A stretch of 64,000 nt of DNA from Gammaproteobacteria bacterium. GTDB taxonomy: Bacteria; Pseudomonadota; Gammaproteobacteria; CBDBNL01; JAAOII01. The stretch lies in assembly GCA_965209035.1 (NCBI GenBank), contig OZ242372.1, positions 288,001 to 352,000 of the forward strand, in the 5' to 3' direction. The notes below the pieces were generated by a model. It did not search any database. It saw nothing but the letters and a program-made list of their open reading frames with translations, and had not been told where the DNA came from. A program made the translations under genes and the position numbers. Below, one piece after another: positions 11,701-23,158 of this stretch (position 1 is its first letter; each line of letters begins with the position of its first letter).

Positions 11701-13284
11701 TTAACCGTGCCAAAAACAACGATAACCCGTAAATGCCATTGCAATGCCGTGCCGGCGGGCTGCCTCTGTAACTTCTTCGTCTCGCTTGGAGCCACCCGGC
11801 TGAATCACTGCTGTGATTCCCGCTTCCGCTATTAATGCAACGGAATCGGCAAACGGAAAGAAACCGTCCGATGCCAGGACGGCGTCCTTTAAACCGGCTC
11901 CGTTATCCTTGGCGCGCATGATGGCCGATCTGACCGCAAAGACGCGACTGGTCTGCCCGGCACCGATCCCGCATGTGGCTCGGTTTTTGGCAATCACAAT
12001 GGCGTTGGAGCGACAGAACCGAACGGTCTGCCAGGCAAATATCAAGTCTGCCACAACAGAAGTGTCCGGGGGCTTCGGTGTCACCCAACGCAGGTCCTCT
12101 TCCGTGAGTTGTTGATTGTCCGGCGACTGAAGCAACCAGCCGCCGTTGACCTTTCGGGTTTCCGGCATCGGTTGGGTTTGCCGGCCGGAAGCATCGCCAA
12201 TATTCTCCGTTTCCCCCACAACAAAGACACGCAGGTTTCTTTTTTTCTTGAAAATCTCAGCCGCTTCGGGAAGAATTTCCGGGGCAATAACAAGTTCCGC
12301 AAACTGCTCGCTGACAGCCAAAGCGGTTTCCCGATCCAATGCGCTGTTGAAGGCGATGACACCGCCAAATGCCGATTCCGGATCGGCACGGTAGGCCGCC
12401 CGATAGGCATCTGCCGGGCCTCCTCTTTCCGCAACTCCGCAAGATTGGGCGTGTTTGATAATGGCACAAGCGGGTTCCGTAAACGAACGGACAATTCGCA
12501 GCGCCATATCCGCATCGGCATAGTTGTTGTAGGATGGTTCCTTGCCTTGTAACAGTTTGGCGGCAGCCAGTCCGACCGGCGGCATCGCATCCGCATAAAA
12601 TGTGCCGGTCTGATGCGGGTTCTCACCGTAACGCAATTCCTTGGCGGCATAGCCGCCAAATAGAAAAACAGACGATTCAGGGGCTTCCCGGTGATAATCT
12701 GCGGCGAAATAGGAGGCGATTTGTCTGTCATAATCCGCGGTGAGTAGAAACGCATCGCGAACCCTGGCACGCCGAAAGGCATCCGACACCTTGCCTGAGT
12801 GCGCATCAAGTTCCCGTCCCAGTGCCTCATAATCATCCGGCGATGTGATCAGAACAACATTATGATGATTTTTTGCCGCAGCGCGTATCAATGTGATGCC
12901 TCCTATATCAATGTTTTCTATGATCTCTTCGGCTGAGCCGCCCCGTCTGCGGACCGCGGCAAAAGGATAAAGATTGACAATCACCAGGTCAATGTGTTCG
13001 ATTCCCTCTTGTTCCAGATCTCGCAGATCTTCCCGATGCCCCTTGCGTGCCAAGATACCGGCATGAATCGCCGGGTGCAGCGTCTTCACCCGCCCGCCCA
13101 ATCTTTCCGGGAAACCCGTTACCTCCGCAACGGAGGATACGCTTATCCCAAATCCGGCAAGTGCCTCGGCGGTCTTGCCTGTGGACAAGACCGCGATTTG
13201 ATGCTTTTTGAGAGTCCCGGCAAGAGTTTCCAGACCACTTTTGTCGGAAAGGCTAACCAGAGCGCGATTAATTTTCAACATCAT
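11701..13284 (-). CDS. purH: Bifunctional AICAR transformylase/IMP cyclohydrolase
   Basis: RALVSLSDKSG, GRVKTLHP, ENIDIGG, LRYGENPHQ, ASDGFFPF, IQPGGS.RD. Confidence 0.97.
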   Translation of the reverse strand: MMLKINRALVSLSDKSGLETLAGTLKKHQIAVLSTGKTAEALAGFGISVSSVAEVTGFPERLGGRVKTLHPAIHAGILARKGHREDLRDLEQEGIEHIDLVIVNLYPFAAVRRRGGSAEEIIENIDIGGITLIRAAAKNHHNVVLITSPDDYEALGRELDAHSGKVSDAFRRARVRDAFLLTADYDRQIASYFAADYHREAPESSVFLFGGYAAKELRYGENPHQTGTFYADAMPPVGLAAAKLLQGKEPSYNNYADADMALRIVRSFTEPACAIIKHAQSCGVAERGGPADAYRAAYRADPESAFGGVIAFNSALDRETALAVSEQFAELVIAPEILPEAAEIFKKKRNLRVFVVGETENIGDASGRQTQPMPETRKVNGGWLLQSPDNQQLTEEDLRWVTPKPPDTSVVADLIFAWQTVRFCRSNAIVIAKNRATCGIGAGQTSRVFAVRSAIMRAKDNGAGLKDAVLASDGFFPFADSVALIAEAGITAVIQPGGSKRDEEVTEAARRHGIAMAFTGYRCFWHG

Positions 13285-13437
13285 CCGCTCTTGCTCTCCA
13301 AGTGTCCGGGTGCCAAAATGCCCGGCAAGTTCTAACTACCCGCAGGCGGTTTTCGTTCGCCTCGTTTGTTTCAAATGTTTCAAACCGCACCCCAAAGTTT
13401 CCGGAATACCCGGAAGATTTGGAATCTATGCCGAAGA

Positions 13438-15513
13438 CTAGGCCGACAGGGCTTCTTTGATACTGAGCCTAATTTTTCCTCTGTCCAAACCCAGAACCTT
13501 GACTCGCACCTTTTGCCCGACTTGCAGATAATCTTCCACCTTCTCCACACGCTCTTTGGCAATCTGGGAGATATGCACAAGACCGCTCTGATTGGGAAGG
13601 ATTTCCACGATCGCTCCCACCGGAATAATGCGGACAACCTCGCCCTCATACACCATACCGATTTCCGGTTCAACGATGACCTTTTCTATCTCTTCTTTGG
13701 CGGCAAAAGCACCCGCACGATCTTCGCCGTAAATGGTGATGTTCCCTTCTTCTATGTCAATATCGGTTTTGGTGCGCTCCGTGATCCCGCGAATCACACT
13801 GCCTCCCTTGCCGATCACATCGCGCGTTTTTTCCGGATTGATCGTCATTGTCAGCATATAAGGCGCCAAAGGAGATATTTCCTCGCGCGAAGCGGGCAGC
13901 GCCTTGTTCATCTCAGTTAAGATCAACATCCGTGCTTCATGCGCTTGTTGCAGGGCTTCCTTCATAATTTCGGGCGTAACACCCTCAATTTTGATGTCCA
14001 TCTGCAAGGCGGTCACGCCGTTCTTGGTGCCGGCAACCTTAAAGTCCATATCCCCGAGATGATCCTCATCACCCATGATGTCCGTTAAGACGGCATGCTT
14101 GTCGCCTTCTTTAATCAGACCCATGGCAACTCCGGCAACTGGCTCTTTAATCGGAACACCCGCATCCATCAACGCCAAACTTGCGCCACAGACTGTTGCC
14201 ATGGAGCTGGAACCGTTGGATTCGGTGATTTCGGAAACCACCCGCAGCATATAAGGGAAATCCTCTTCGTTCGGCAAAAGAGCACGCAGGGCGCGCAACG
14301 CCAGACGGCCGTGTCCTATTTCACGCCTTTTGGTAGAGCCGATAAAAGAAATTTCACCGACACAAAAAGGAGGAAAATTGTAATGCAACAAGAAGTGATC
14401 CTTGTGTTCGCCTTCCAAAGCGTCTATGATCTGTGCATTTCTCTTGCCGGCAAGCGTGGCAGTAACCACAGCCTGCGTCTCACCGCGCGTGAACAGGGCG
14501 GAGCCATGAACACTTGGCAAGAGGCCCGCATCAATCGAGATGGGACGCACCGTTTTGGTGTCTCTGCCGTCTATGCGCGGTTCTCCTTTGAGAATGGCAT
14601 TTCGCATCACCTCGGCACTGACACTTTCCAACAGCATACCCACAGACTGGGTTTGCTCCGCGTCATCGGCGTCCGCATGCTTGGCAAAAATCTCTTCCCG
14701 GAGAGTATCCACCTGAGCCCCGCGCTCCTGCTTGTCTCGCACGGAATAAATTTCTTTAAGTTTTGCGCCGTGTTCTGTCGCAATTTTCTCACGCAGATCG
14801 GGAAGTTTTTCTTGCGGAGATTTCCATTCCCACCTGGGTTTCCCCGCTTTTTGGGTCAATTCGGAAATCGCGTTGATTGCTGTTTGCATGTTTGTGTGGG
14901 CGAATTCTACCGCACCCAACATCGTCTCCTCCGGCAATTCAGCGGCTTCGGATTCCACCATCAGAACGGCATCCTTTGTTCCCGCAACCACCATATCCAA
15001 CTTTGAATCTTTCAACCGGCTATAAGTCGGGTTCAACAAATATTGCCCGTCCGCACCATAACCGACGCGCAATGCCCCCAGAATGCCCTTGACAGGCAAG
15101 CCGGAAAGACTCAACGCGGCCGATGCGCCCAAAAGCGCACAGATGTCCGGATCCACATTTTTATCGGTGGAAAGAACGGTGCACATCACCTGCACTTCGT
15201 TGCGAAACTCTTTGGGGAAAAGCGGTCGCAAGGGTCGGTCTATGAGACGAGATGTAAGAACCTCTTTTTCACCGGGTTTTGCTTCTCTTCTAAAAAAACT
15301 GCCCGGAATTCTGCCGGCAGCATATGTCTTTTCTATGTAGTGAACCGACAAAGGAAAGAAGGGATTGACCGCTCCTTTCTTATAGGCAACCAGAGTTACC
15401 AAAACCCCGGTGTTTCCTCGGCGCACCATCACGGCGGAAGTCGCCTGACGGGCAATACGGCCTGTTTCCAAAATGTACTCGCCGTCGCCGTAATTAAATG
15501 TTACTGTTTCCAT
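13438..15513 (-). CDS. pnp: Polyribonucleotide nucleotidyltransferase (PNPase)
   Basis: [54 protein letters not shown] (VIGKGG) and S1 domains. Confidence 0.97.
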   Translation of the reverse strand: METVTFNYGDGEYILETGRIARQATSAVMVRRGNTGVLVTLVAYKKGAVNPFFPLSVHYIEKTYAAGRIPGSFFRREAKPGEKEVLTSRLIDRPLRPLFPKEFRNEVQVMCTVLSTDKNVDPDICALLGASAALSLSGLPVKGILGALRVGYGADGQYLLNPTYSRLKDSKLDMVVAGTKDAVLMVESEAAELPEETMLGAVEFAHTNMQTAINAISELTQKAGKPRWEWKSPQEKLPDLREKIATEHGAKLKEIYSVRDKQERGAQVDTLREEIFAKHADADDAEQTQSVGMLLESVSAEVMRNAILKGEPRIDGRDTKTVRPISIDAGLLPSVHGSALFTRGETQAVVTATLAGKRNAQIIDALEGEHKDHFLLHYNFPPFCVGEISFIGSTKRREIGHGRLALRALRALLPNEEDFPYMLRVVSEITESNGSSSMATVCGASLALMDAGVPIKEPVAGVAMGLIKEGDKHAVLTDIMGDEDHLGDMDFKVAGTKNGVTALQMDIKIEGVTPEIMKEALQQAHEARMLILTEMNKALPASREEISPLAPYMLTMTINPEKTRDVIGKGGSVIRGITERTKTDIDIEEGNITIYGEDRAGAFAAKEEIEKVIVEPEIGMVYEGEVVRIIPVGAIVEILPNQSGLVHISQIAKERVEKVEDYLQVGQKVRVKVLGLDRGKIRLSIKEALSA

Positions 15514-15516
15514 GGT

Positions 15517-15819
15517 TTATCCTCTAATTCCAAGTTTTCCAATCAGTGTCTTATAGGCATTGGGGGTCTTGTCCTTCATATAACGCATTAGTTTGCGTCT
15601 TTTTTCAATCTTTTCCCTCAAGCCGTGTCTGGAATGGTGATCCTTGGCATGTGTTGTAAAATGTTGTTGCAAATGCCGAATACCTTCGGTTAAAAGTGCG
15701 ATTTGCACCCCGGAAGATCCGGTGTCCTTGTCTTTTGTTTGATAGGTTTCAATCACAGATTTTTTTAATTCTTGCTGCCCTTGAAATTCTTTCCGTTCCT
15801 TATCTTGTTTATTTTTCAT
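15517..15819 (-). CDS. rpsO: 30S ribosomal protein S15
   Basis: DTGSSGVQIALLT, KDHHSRHGL, LGIR; directly upstream of pnp. Confidence 0.95.
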   Translation of the reverse strand: MKNKQDKERKEFQGQQELKKSVIETYQTKDKDTGSSGVQIALLTEGIRHLQQHFTTHAKDHHSRHGLREKIEKRRKLMRYMKDKTPNAYKTLIGKLGIRG

Positions 15820-15937
15820 GTTCTTATAATTTTTTATAACTTGTAATGTTCTTATTATACCTTTATAAACCTCGGCAGTTGTTAAGTTCTTTCGGACTTA
15901 TCCGTAAAAATAAAAAATAAATAACCAATAAATAAAA

Positions 15938-16729
15938 ATGTTTTTCGGCTTTGATATCAATGTTCTGCTTTTAATCCTTGTCATCGTCACAGGTGTCGTC
16001 TGGGGAGCACATCTGTTGTTGGCGGGAGCAAAGGCCAAGGTTGTTGCCAAGCAGAAACCGCCCTGGTGGCTGGACTATTCGCGCTCCTTTTTTCCGATTT
16101 TATTGGCCGTATTTGTTTTTCGCGCCTTTTTGTTTGAACCTTACCAGATCCCCAGCGGCTCTATGTTGCCATCTTTGCGCTCGGGTGATTTTATCCTGGT
16201 CAACAAGTATACCTATGGTTTGCATCTCCCCGTGAATAATCTGCAGCTTACCAAAGGTGCCACCCCCAAGCGGGGAGAAGTCGTTGTATTTGACTTCCCG
16301 CCGGACCCGCGTGTTCGGTATATTAAACGCCTGATCGGACTGCCGGGCGACAAGATCCTTTACCGGAATAAAACTCTGACCATTAACGACGCCGAAATAA
16401 CTTATGAGACCAATGGCGAGGATGCGGACATATTTTGGGAATATCTCCGAGATAGCGAAGGTTCGGGGGCAAGAAAAGGCGAAGGCGAAACAGAAAGAGA
16501 AGCGCATGCAATTCGCCTGGACCCGCTGCTACCGAGCGGCGAAGGCCAATGGACAGTCCCGCCGGGACATTACTTTGTGATGGGCGATAATCGGGATAAC
16601 AGCAACGACAGTCGCTATTGGGGTTTCGTCCCTCGCAAAAACATGGTAGGCAAGGCCGTGTATATTTGGATGCATTGGAAATCTTGGAAGGAGCTGCCGG
16701 GTTTTGAGCGTAATAAGCGCATCCGGTAA
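15938..16729 (+). CDS. lepB: Signal peptidase I
   Basis: EPYQIPSGSMLP (catalytic Ser), YIKRLIGLPGD (catalytic Lys), GDNRDNSNDSRYWG. Confidence 0.96.
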   Translation: MFFGFDINVLLLILVIVTGVVWGAHLLLAGAKAKVVAKQKPPWWLDYSRSFFPILLAVFVFRAFLFEPYQIPSGSMLPSLRSGDFILVNKYTYGLHLPVNNLQLTKGATPKRGEVVVFDFPPDPRVRYIKRLIGLPGDKILYRNKTLTINDAEITYETNGEDADIFWEYLRDSEGSGARKGEGETEREAHAIRLDPLLPSGEGQWTVPPGHYFVMGDNRDNSNDSRYWGFVPRKNMVGKAVYIWMHWKSWKELPGFERNKRIR

Positions 16730-16787
16730 CAGGCACTCTCGGACATTCCTCGTCATTAAAATTGAAGATGAATGAATATGAATCAAG

Positions 16788-17462
16788 ATGAAGAATGAAC
16801 ATAACGACCATAAGAACCATTGCCCGGGGGCTGCTCCTTATATTTGGCGGGCGGAGAACATCGACGCAACCCGCCGCTTGGCAGAGTATCTGGCACAGGC
16901 ATTAAAAGACCATACGGAAACGAGCGACAACAAAGCAGAGCCAAATATTCCTCTCGTTTTTTTCTTATCCGCTCCGCTGGGTGGGGGTAAAACGACATTC
17001 TGCCGCTTTGTTTTGCAAAAACTAGGTTGGTCGGGGATTGTACCCAGTCCCAGTTTCGGTCTTCGGCATTCCTACAAGATTCCGAATATGCATCTCCATT
17101 TGCATCATCTGGATGCTTACAGGATCGACGAGCCGGGAGAGTTTGAGGAACTCTGTGATGCGGAACTGTCGGCTTCCAATTCGGTGCTGTTAATAGAATG
17201 GCCGGAGCATATCGGCACCTTTCCGAAACCGGATATTGTTATCCGTATTTGTTATGGGTGGGCAGTGGAAACCACAACCAGTGCGGGTGATATGGGCGAG
17301 ATGGGCGGACCGGGTGCCACGGGCAGTTCCGGTGGGGCCAACGGTGAGGCCCACAGAGAGAACGGCAATGCACGAATCTTTACCATCACACCGAAAAGCC
17401 CCCGCGGAGAGACACTGTTACAGTGCATTCGGCAACAAGGGCAGCAAGAGCAACAAGAGTAA
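16788..17462 (+). CDS. tsaE: tRNA threonylcarbamoyladenosine biosynthesis ATPase TsaE (with insertions)
   Basis: LGGGKTTF Walker A, VPSPSF, HLDAYRI, LIEWPE; Gly-rich insertion near C-terminus. Confidence 0.9.
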   Translation: MKNEHNDHKNHCPGAAPYIWRAENIDATRRLAEYLAQALKDHTETSDNKAEPNIPLVFFLSAPLGGGKTTFCRFVLQKLGWSGIVPSPSFGLRHSYKIPNMHLHLHHLDAYRIDEPGEFEELCDAELSASNSVLLIEWPEHIGTFPKPDIVIRICYGWAVETTTSAGDMGEMGGPGATGSSGGANGEAHRENGNARIFTITPKSPRGETLLQCIRQQGQQEQQE

Positions 17463-17611
17463 CGAGAAAAAGAGAAGTTACTTCTCTTATTAAACTAAAT
17501 CGGAGGAACAACAAAGCAGACCGGGGTGTTTCCTCCTGCTCGCTTTTGTCCGCTTCATCGCGGATGGCGGGGGCGGCGGTAATTTGCTATGCTATGTATG
17601 CAATGCAAAGC

Positions 17612-17638
17612 AAAAAAAAGGGAGCCGAAGCTCCCTTT
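17612..17638 (-). terminator. Rho-independent terminator of the porin-like gene
   Basis: Minus strand AAAGGGAGC-TTCG-GCTCCC followed by an 8-T run, ~22 nt after the stop codon. Confidence 0.9.
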
Positions 17639-17660
17639 GATGAAATAAGGTTTCTAACAG

Positions 17661-18887
17661 TTAGAAGCCGTATTCAAGACGAACACCATACTTGCCGGTA
17701 GTAGTGGGATCAGCATCCCCTACTGTTTCGGTGCCGGAAGTGTATGCCAAGGCAACTGTCAGCGGATCCTGATTGGTTGCCCACATCAGATCAAAGCCAC
17801 TGGAAGTGGTTTCCTCATCGTTAGTTTCTTGGGTACCGGATCCATATGCCAGGACCAGATCGGAAGCACCCAAACCAAGTGAAACACCCAGGTTCCAACC
17901 ACTTCTGGAGTATTCCTCTACTTGAACCCCGCCTGCCAAGGCTGCCACATCGGGAGTTACCTCGCGCGTCTGTGTTCCAAAGTTCAAGAAGGGCGTGAAC
18001 TTGCCTTCTTGTATGGGAAAAGCAAGATATAATTGGGTTACACCGCCTGTGCTTTCCACCTCGGCATCTCCTCTATCGGTATTTGTGTTTTGGCTGCCGG
18101 ACAAAACGGTCAACTCGGCATCTACGGCACCATGAGTATAACCCACACGCAGACCAAAGCCATTCGTATCCGTTGAGTAAACAGCCGGATCGGTTGCATT
18201 CGGGGATGCAAGAGCCGCATCACCGCCTAGGCTGCTGGCCGCAGCGGCTGCACCGGCTGGCACGGAATCACGCTGAATTAACAACGCAACATTGAGGCCA
18301 AGACCTTTCCAACCCAGCGCGTGCAAAGAAAAACGGTTGTTTGCCGCTTGACCGGAAAAGTCCTTGGTTGCAGTCAAGAAATCGGTGGTGTAGCCTTTTT
18401 CGTTGTTCAGCCACTCCTCACGACCAATCTTGTAGTAGACACCGGTAGGACTATGCGTCAAAATGGCGAATTGATCGCGACCGGTAAGATCGCCACCAAA
18501 ACCGTCATTGCTTTCCCATTCGGCCTTGAGGGCGGCATTATAGTCACCCAACTGCGAACTGGCTTCCACATTGTAGCGAATAGCGTTATTGGCTGTGAAG
18601 CGAATAAAGCCGTTGCCCGCGGTGTTGCCGTCATCGGAAGCGAAATGATGATTCCATTGCAGATGGGTGTCCCCGCCTGTGCTGGATGCTTCATCATCAC
18701 CGCCAAACGATGTGGTAAGAGTCTCTATGGCGGTGTCGCCGTCATTCACTGTCGTGGACTGGGACTCTACCCGGACATTGCCACTGAAAGACTGGCTGTA
18801 TTCCGCCGCCTGAAGACTCGGTAAAACAAGTCCGCAGGATGCGAAAATAATAAATAAAGTTTTTTTAAGGTTCATTTTAAAGTTCAT
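17661..18887 (-). CDS. Putative outer-membrane beta-barrel / porin
   Basis: Signal peptide ending LQA, G/T/S/N-rich alternating strands, C-terminal YGVRLEYGF (terminal Phe), strong RBS AAGGAG, own terminator. Confidence 0.72.
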   Translation of the reverse strand: MNFKMNLKKTLFIIFASCGLVLPSLQAAEYSQSFSGNVRVESQSTTVNDGDTAIETLTTSFGGDDEASSTGGDTHLQWNHHFASDDGNTAGNGFIRFTANNAIRYNVEASSQLGDYNAALKAEWESNDGFGGDLTGRDQFAILTHSPTGVYYKIGREEWLNNEKGYTTDFLTATKDFSGQAANNRFSLHALGWKGLGLNVALLIQRDSVPAGAAAAASSLGGDAALASPNATDPAVYSTDTNGFGLRVGYTHGAVDAELTVLSGSQNTNTDRGDAEVESTGGVTQLYLAFPIQEGKFTPFLNFGTQTREVTPDVAALAGGVQVEEYSRSGWNLGVSLGLGASDLVLAYGSGTQETNDEETTSSGFDLMWATNQDPLTVALAYTSGTETVGDADPTTTGKYGVRLEYGF

Positions 18888-19180
18888 TGTTTTCTCCTTT
18901 AATTAATTGATAATAATAATAATATCAGTGATCACTGACCTTACAAGTATGATCACTCATACCCATAAAATCATGTTGTGTCGCAAAGCAAGCTCCCAGT
19001 CTCATATCCCGTTGAAATCCCGAACCAAAATCCGAGAATCTCAACCAAAAATAACGGGACGAAGAATCTGCCACGGCACAACTCTTCGTTTCGCAAATAT
19101 TCAAATATGCACGAAACATACAAAGATTATAAACAAATATCGTCAAAATAATCATTTTTTTGGATTTTTTATAAAAATTT

Positions 19181-19975
19181 TTAAATTGCCACTTGTGCCT
19201 TAATATGCGGCTGCGGATGGTAATCCGAGAGCTCAAAATCGTCATAAACAAAATCTTTGAGATTGCGGAGATCCCGTTTCAGTCGCATCTTCGGCAAGGG
19301 TCCCGGTGTCCGCTTCAATTGCATGTCCGCTTGCTCCAAATGATTTTCATACAGATGGACATCGCCCAGGTTCTGCACCAATGTATCCGGCGTCATGCCA
19401 CATACCTTCGCCACCATCAGGGTAAGCAGCGCGTATGAAGCGGTATTAAACGGCAAGCCCAAAAAGATATCCGCACTGCGCTGATACACACTGCAAGAGA
19501 GCCCGCGCCTGCCGACATAAAACTGAAACAGAACATGACACGGCGGCAAACGCATCCGCGCAAGTTCGCCGACATTCCAAGCACTGACCAGATGGCGGCG
19601 GCCGTGCGGATCCGTTTTCAAGCCGACTATTAATTTTTCCAGTTGGTCTATTGTTTTGCCGTCTGCGGTTTCCCAAGCGCGCCACTGCTTGCCGTATATA
19701 GGACCGAGTTCGCCCTTCTCATCCGCCCATTCGTTCCAAATAGACACCCCTCTTTCTTGCAGATAGGCGATGTTTGTTTCGCCGCGCACAAACCACAGAA
19801 GTTCGTGAAGGATGGAAGGCAGATGCAGTTTCTTGGTGGTCAGTAGCGGAAACCCTTCTCGCAGGTCTGTCCGCATCTGATAGCCAAAGATGCTGTAGCA
19901 TTTCAACCCGGTTCGGCTTTCTTTGAGTTCGCCATCCCGGCGCGTCTTATGCAAAAGATCCAAATACTGTTTCAT
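19181..19975 (-). CDS. thyA: Thymidylate synthase
   Basis: [40 protein letters not shown]. Confidence 0.97.
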   Translation of the reverse strand: MKQYLDLLHKTRRDGELKESRTGLKCYSIFGYQMRTDLREGFPLLTTKKLHLPSILHELLWFVRGETNIAYLQERGVSIWNEWADEKGELGPIYGKQWRAWETADGKTIDQLEKLIVGLKTDPHGRRHLVSAWNVGELARMRLPPCHVLFQFYVGRRGLSCSVYQRSADIFLGLPFNTASYALLTLMVAKVCGMTPDTLVQNLGDVHLYENHLEQADMQLKRTPGPLPKMRLKRDLRNLKDFVYDDFELSDYHPQPHIKAQVAI

Positions 19976-20187
19976 TGTTTGTTTAGTTTGTTTAGTTTGT
20001 TTAATTGCTTAATTGCCCACCCGAAGTCACTTATGATTTTTTATTTTTACTTTTCATTTTAAGGAGTGCTTATTAAGGCGTGCTTAAAAAGTCAAGTTGG
20101 TATCATTGAATGCTATTAAATGCTATCGGATGATATTCGTCTTTTCTCTTGTTTTGATTTTGATACCGGATAAAAAACAGATCCTAT

Positions 20188-20868
20188 TTAAGGGGTCGCC
20201 GGTTCCGGCAGCTTCTCGGTTTTGCGAATGAGTTGCATGATCTTCTCGCGCCCCGCAGGTGTTTGCTCTTTGACCAACAGTCTATTTAAGAGACGCAACG
20301 CTTCTGTCCGATTGCCCGCCGCCGTATGTTCGGCCGCCAGAACAGACAAGAGTGTCGGATGTTCGGGATTGAGATGTTCCAGTTGCCACAACAGAGATGC
20401 CAATTTTTCGGACCAAGCCGGGTCGGTATTTTGATAACCCGCCTCGTAATGCATACGCAGAAGCAGGGCACGGGCATCCTCGTCCGATTGCAGGCTTGGA
20501 TGTTCCAACACCGAACTTGCCCGCAAAGAATTACCGGACAAGTAATAGAAACGCCCCAAGTCAAGTCGGAGTCGGGTGTTGTCGGGGTCCTGTTTCAAAC
20601 GCGTCTCCAAGGTCGCAAGTTCCGCGGCCAAGATATCTTGCATACTCTTTTGTTGAAACTCTTGTTTTAATGTTTCCCAACGCAGGATCTTGCTCAGTTG
20701 CGGATATGAGAATGCGAAGGCAAGCAAGGGGGCAGTTAAAATCGGCAACCAAAACCATCGCCCTTCTTTTTTACCGAGTTGGCGGCGCACCGGCAACCAA
20801 AGAAAGCAACATGCCACCAAAACAAGCAAGGCGGCAGCGATAAAAAAAGAAGAAAAGAAAGCGGGCAA
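20188..20868 (-). CDS. Membrane-anchored TPR protein, CcmI/CycH-like
   Basis: Two N-terminal TM segments, LETRLKQDPDN..LGRFY TPR start; follows ccmH; TTG start at 20868 is a guess. Confidence 0.65.
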   Translation of the reverse strand: MPAFFSSFFIAAALLVLVACCFLWLPVRRQLGKKEGRWFWLPILTAPLLAFAFSYPQLSKILRWETLKQEFQQKSMQDILAAELATLETRLKQDPDNTRLRLDLGRFYYLSGNSLRASSVLEHPSLQSDEDARALLLRMHYEAGYQNTDPAWSEKLASLLWQLEHLNPEHPTLLSVLAAEHTAAGNRTEALRLLNRLLVKEQTPAGREKIMQLIRKTEKLPEPATP

Positions 20869-20908
20869 CCCGGTGAAATCGCGAGGTTTGGGAAAGGACT
20901 GAGCCTGA

Positions 20909-21394
20909 CTAATTCGGGTGTCGGCTGTTCTTTGTCTTCTTGCCGGAATTGCCCCCAAAAGCGGGCGCCGTCTTTGGAAAACCGAAAGTTTTCGTTTTCC
21001 GATGTTTGTGATGATCCGCGAAAATCCGGAACCAGAGTCCGCCAAGAGCCAAGAGAACAAACAACAAAGGCATGCCGATCAACACCACATTATGTTTCAG
21101 AGAACTCGGCTGCCTCAAGATCTCCTCGCCGTAGCCGGATTGCAGGTATTCTTTGATCTCCGCCGCCGAATAGCCGTCAGTCGCCAATTCAAACACAAGT
21201 TGTCGCAGTCCTTCCGCCATAGCCGAGGAAGAACCCGCAATACTCTGGCCGGCACAACCGGGGCAGTTAATCTGCGGTAAGGCCTGCTCAAATACCTTTC
21301 TGTGCTTGGTATCGGTAAACTCATAGACTTCTTTTGCCGACACCGGAATTGTCGCAGTCCAAATCAATAAAAGAAAAACGAAAAGGACACGCAT
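20909..21394 (-). CDS. ccmH: Cytochrome c biogenesis protein CcmH (CycL/NrfF-type)
   Basis: Signal peptide, CPGCAGQSIAGS (CxxC), EIKEYL..YGEEIL..P, C-terminal TM. Confidence 0.85.
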   Translation of the reverse strand: MRVLFVFLLLIWTATIPVSAKEVYEFTDTKHRKVFEQALPQINCPGCAGQSIAGSSSAMAEGLRQLVFELATDGYSAAEIKEYLQSGYGEEILRQPSSLKHNVVLIGMPLLFVLLALGGLWFRIFADHHKHRKTKTFGFPKTAPAFGGNSGKKTKNSRHPN

Positions 21395-21565
21395 AGGGTT
21401 AAGATTGGGGCAAGTTTGAGATATGCGATTGGAGTGTGCTGTCAACTCTGTCAAACTTGTCAAGCCTGCCAAGCTGAAAACAACCTCGGACAAACGCGAA
21501 CCGACAGTGTCCTTTAATGTAAAGATTGTTGGACTTCCTTTCTCTTACTTACTTAAAGGAAGCGA

Positions 21566-22090
21566 TCAAATATGTTCTACTTTTTCTATCCGGTAATACG
21601 CGGTTTCGCCGGAGGGCTTGGTAAGAGTCACCACCTCTCCTTCGTTTTTGCCAATCAGGACCCGCGCAAGAGGCGCCGCATAGGAAAGTTTTTTGTTTTG
21701 AATGTTGGCTTCGTCCTCACCAACAATTTGATAAGTGATACTCTCCTTGGCGGCTTTCTGTCCTTTGCCCGCCTCTTTTGTTTCTTTTGTTGCCCCGGGA
21801 TCTTTCACCGTCAAAAGAGTCACAGTCGCACCAAAAATTACCCTGCCGTTGTGCGGGATAGCGGTAATGTCTATCACGCGCAGGTTCCCCAAACGACTTT
21901 GCAGGGTCCCAATGCGAGATTCCACCATTCCTTGTTCTTCGCGGGCCGCATGATATTCCGCATTCTCGCGCAGATCACCGTGCGCGCGCGCCGTGGCAAT
22001 ATCTTGAATAATACGCGGACGCTTCTCGCGAACCAACCTGTCCAGTTCTTCGCGCAGGAGTTTTTCTCCCAGAATGGTCACCGGGTTCAT
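21566..22090 (-). CDS. greA: Transcription elongation factor GreA
   Basis: ARAHGDLRENAEYHAARE, VIFGATV, YQIVGEDEA, PLARVLIGK. Confidence 0.96.
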   Translation of the reverse strand: MNPVTILGEKLLREELDRLVREKRPRIIQDIATARAHGDLRENAEYHAAREEQGMVESRIGTLQSRLGNLRVIDITAIPHNGRVIFGATVTLLTVKDPGATKETKEAGKGQKAAKESITYQIVGEDEANIQNKKLSYAAPLARVLIGKNEGEVVTLTKPSGETAYYRIEKVEHI

Positions 22091-22900
22091 CTACCAATTC
22101 CCGTTAAGAGACCAGTCATAATCCAAACTTTCAATATCGTTTTTCCCGACGGAATAACCGGAGTAGTCGCCAATCAGTTTGATAATCCCCGCCGAATGTC
22201 CAAAGTCCTTGTCATACCAATGGAATATTTTGGATAGGCGGATCTCGACGCTTTCGCCGCCTTTACGAACAATCCGCATCCCCTTGGACGGGTTATTCAT
22301 AAAGCGTTGTTCTTGGAGTTGCAACTGAGCATCCAGACGAGAGCCCTCATAAGGTTCCTCATAAAGATCCGGGCAGGAAAGTGACGCACAGTTAATTGCA
22401 TAGTGGACGCGCGGCTCACCCATTGGGCGTAGGATTTTGTGTTCAATGCGATGTAGCGTGTGTTCCTTGTCATTAATTTCCCAATCATGAATTCGCCATA
22501 CATTGCGCAGCAAGCCGCCCAGGTTGCGAATACTTTCTTTTTCTTCATTTTTGATGATCAGGTCTATGGTAAGAATGTTGTATGTGTTAATCCAAAACGC
22601 CATCCGATCCGCTCCTCTTAAATGTTTGGGATTAATTGTCCGGATGCTTGCCATCACCCGGGCATGCAAAGGGTCCCGTAGCCATCCGTCATAATCTACC
22701 TCCGTATAGGTAATCCCATTTCTCACCATATCCGGGCGAAGATAATTTGACAGCAATACGCGATAGTCCGCGTAAATAGCACGAAGGGCTTGATAAGCCT
22801 CATCATAGTCCTCAACGGATTGTGCCAAAACCGAGGCACTTCCGATTCCTCCCAAAACTCCCGTCAATACAAGAGAGCATATCAACCTTCTTATTGCCAT
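22091..22900 (-). CDS. DUF547 domain exported protein
   Basis: Signal peptide, VDY, AFWINTYN, IEHKILR, EPRVHYAINCASLSCP, SKIFHWY..DF, YDWSLN. Confidence 0.85.
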   Translation of the reverse strand: MAIRRLICSLVLTGVLGGIGSASVLAQSVEDYDEAYQALRAIYADYRVLLSNYLRPDMVRNGITYTEVDYDGWLRDPLHARVMASIRTINPKHLRGADRMAFWINTYNILTIDLIIKNEEKESIRNLGGLLRNVWRIHDWEINDKEHTLHRIEHKILRPMGEPRVHYAINCASLSCPDLYEEPYEGSRLDAQLQLQEQRFMNNPSKGMRIVRKGGESVEIRLSKIFHWYDKDFGHSAGIIKLIGDYSGYSVGKNDIESLDYDWSLNGNW

Positions 22901-22951
22901 ACTTTTATTATATCCTTAATTATGCAGATATTATCACGAACACAAAGATGA

Positions 22952-23025
22952 TCGGGACGGCAGGATTTGAACCTGCGACCACCACACCCCCAGCGTGGTG
23001 CGCTACCAGGCTGCGCTACGCCCCG
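22952..23025 (-). tRNA. tRNA-Pro(GGG), CCA not encoded
   Basis: CGGGGCGTAGCGCAGCCTGGTAGCGCACCACGCT-GGG-GGTGTGGTGGTCGCAGGTTCAAATCCTGCCGTCCCGA folds as a cloverleaf; followed by TCA. Confidence 0.95.
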
Positions 23026-23158
23026 ACATGAGAAAGATTATAAGGCATTCATTTTTTTAATGAGGAGAGATGTCTTACCCAAAGAATATTTTCCGGTCGC
23101 ATTCGGCTTAATGCTTCCCGATGCTTCCCGTGCCGGTGTTCAAACCGGAATACTCCCC

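Noticed and set aside
20869-21060. Frameshifted ccmH-ccmI fusion
   Set aside because: ccmH ends normally after its TM helix and ccmI has its own TM start with a usable TTG; no slippage site identified, though not fully excluded
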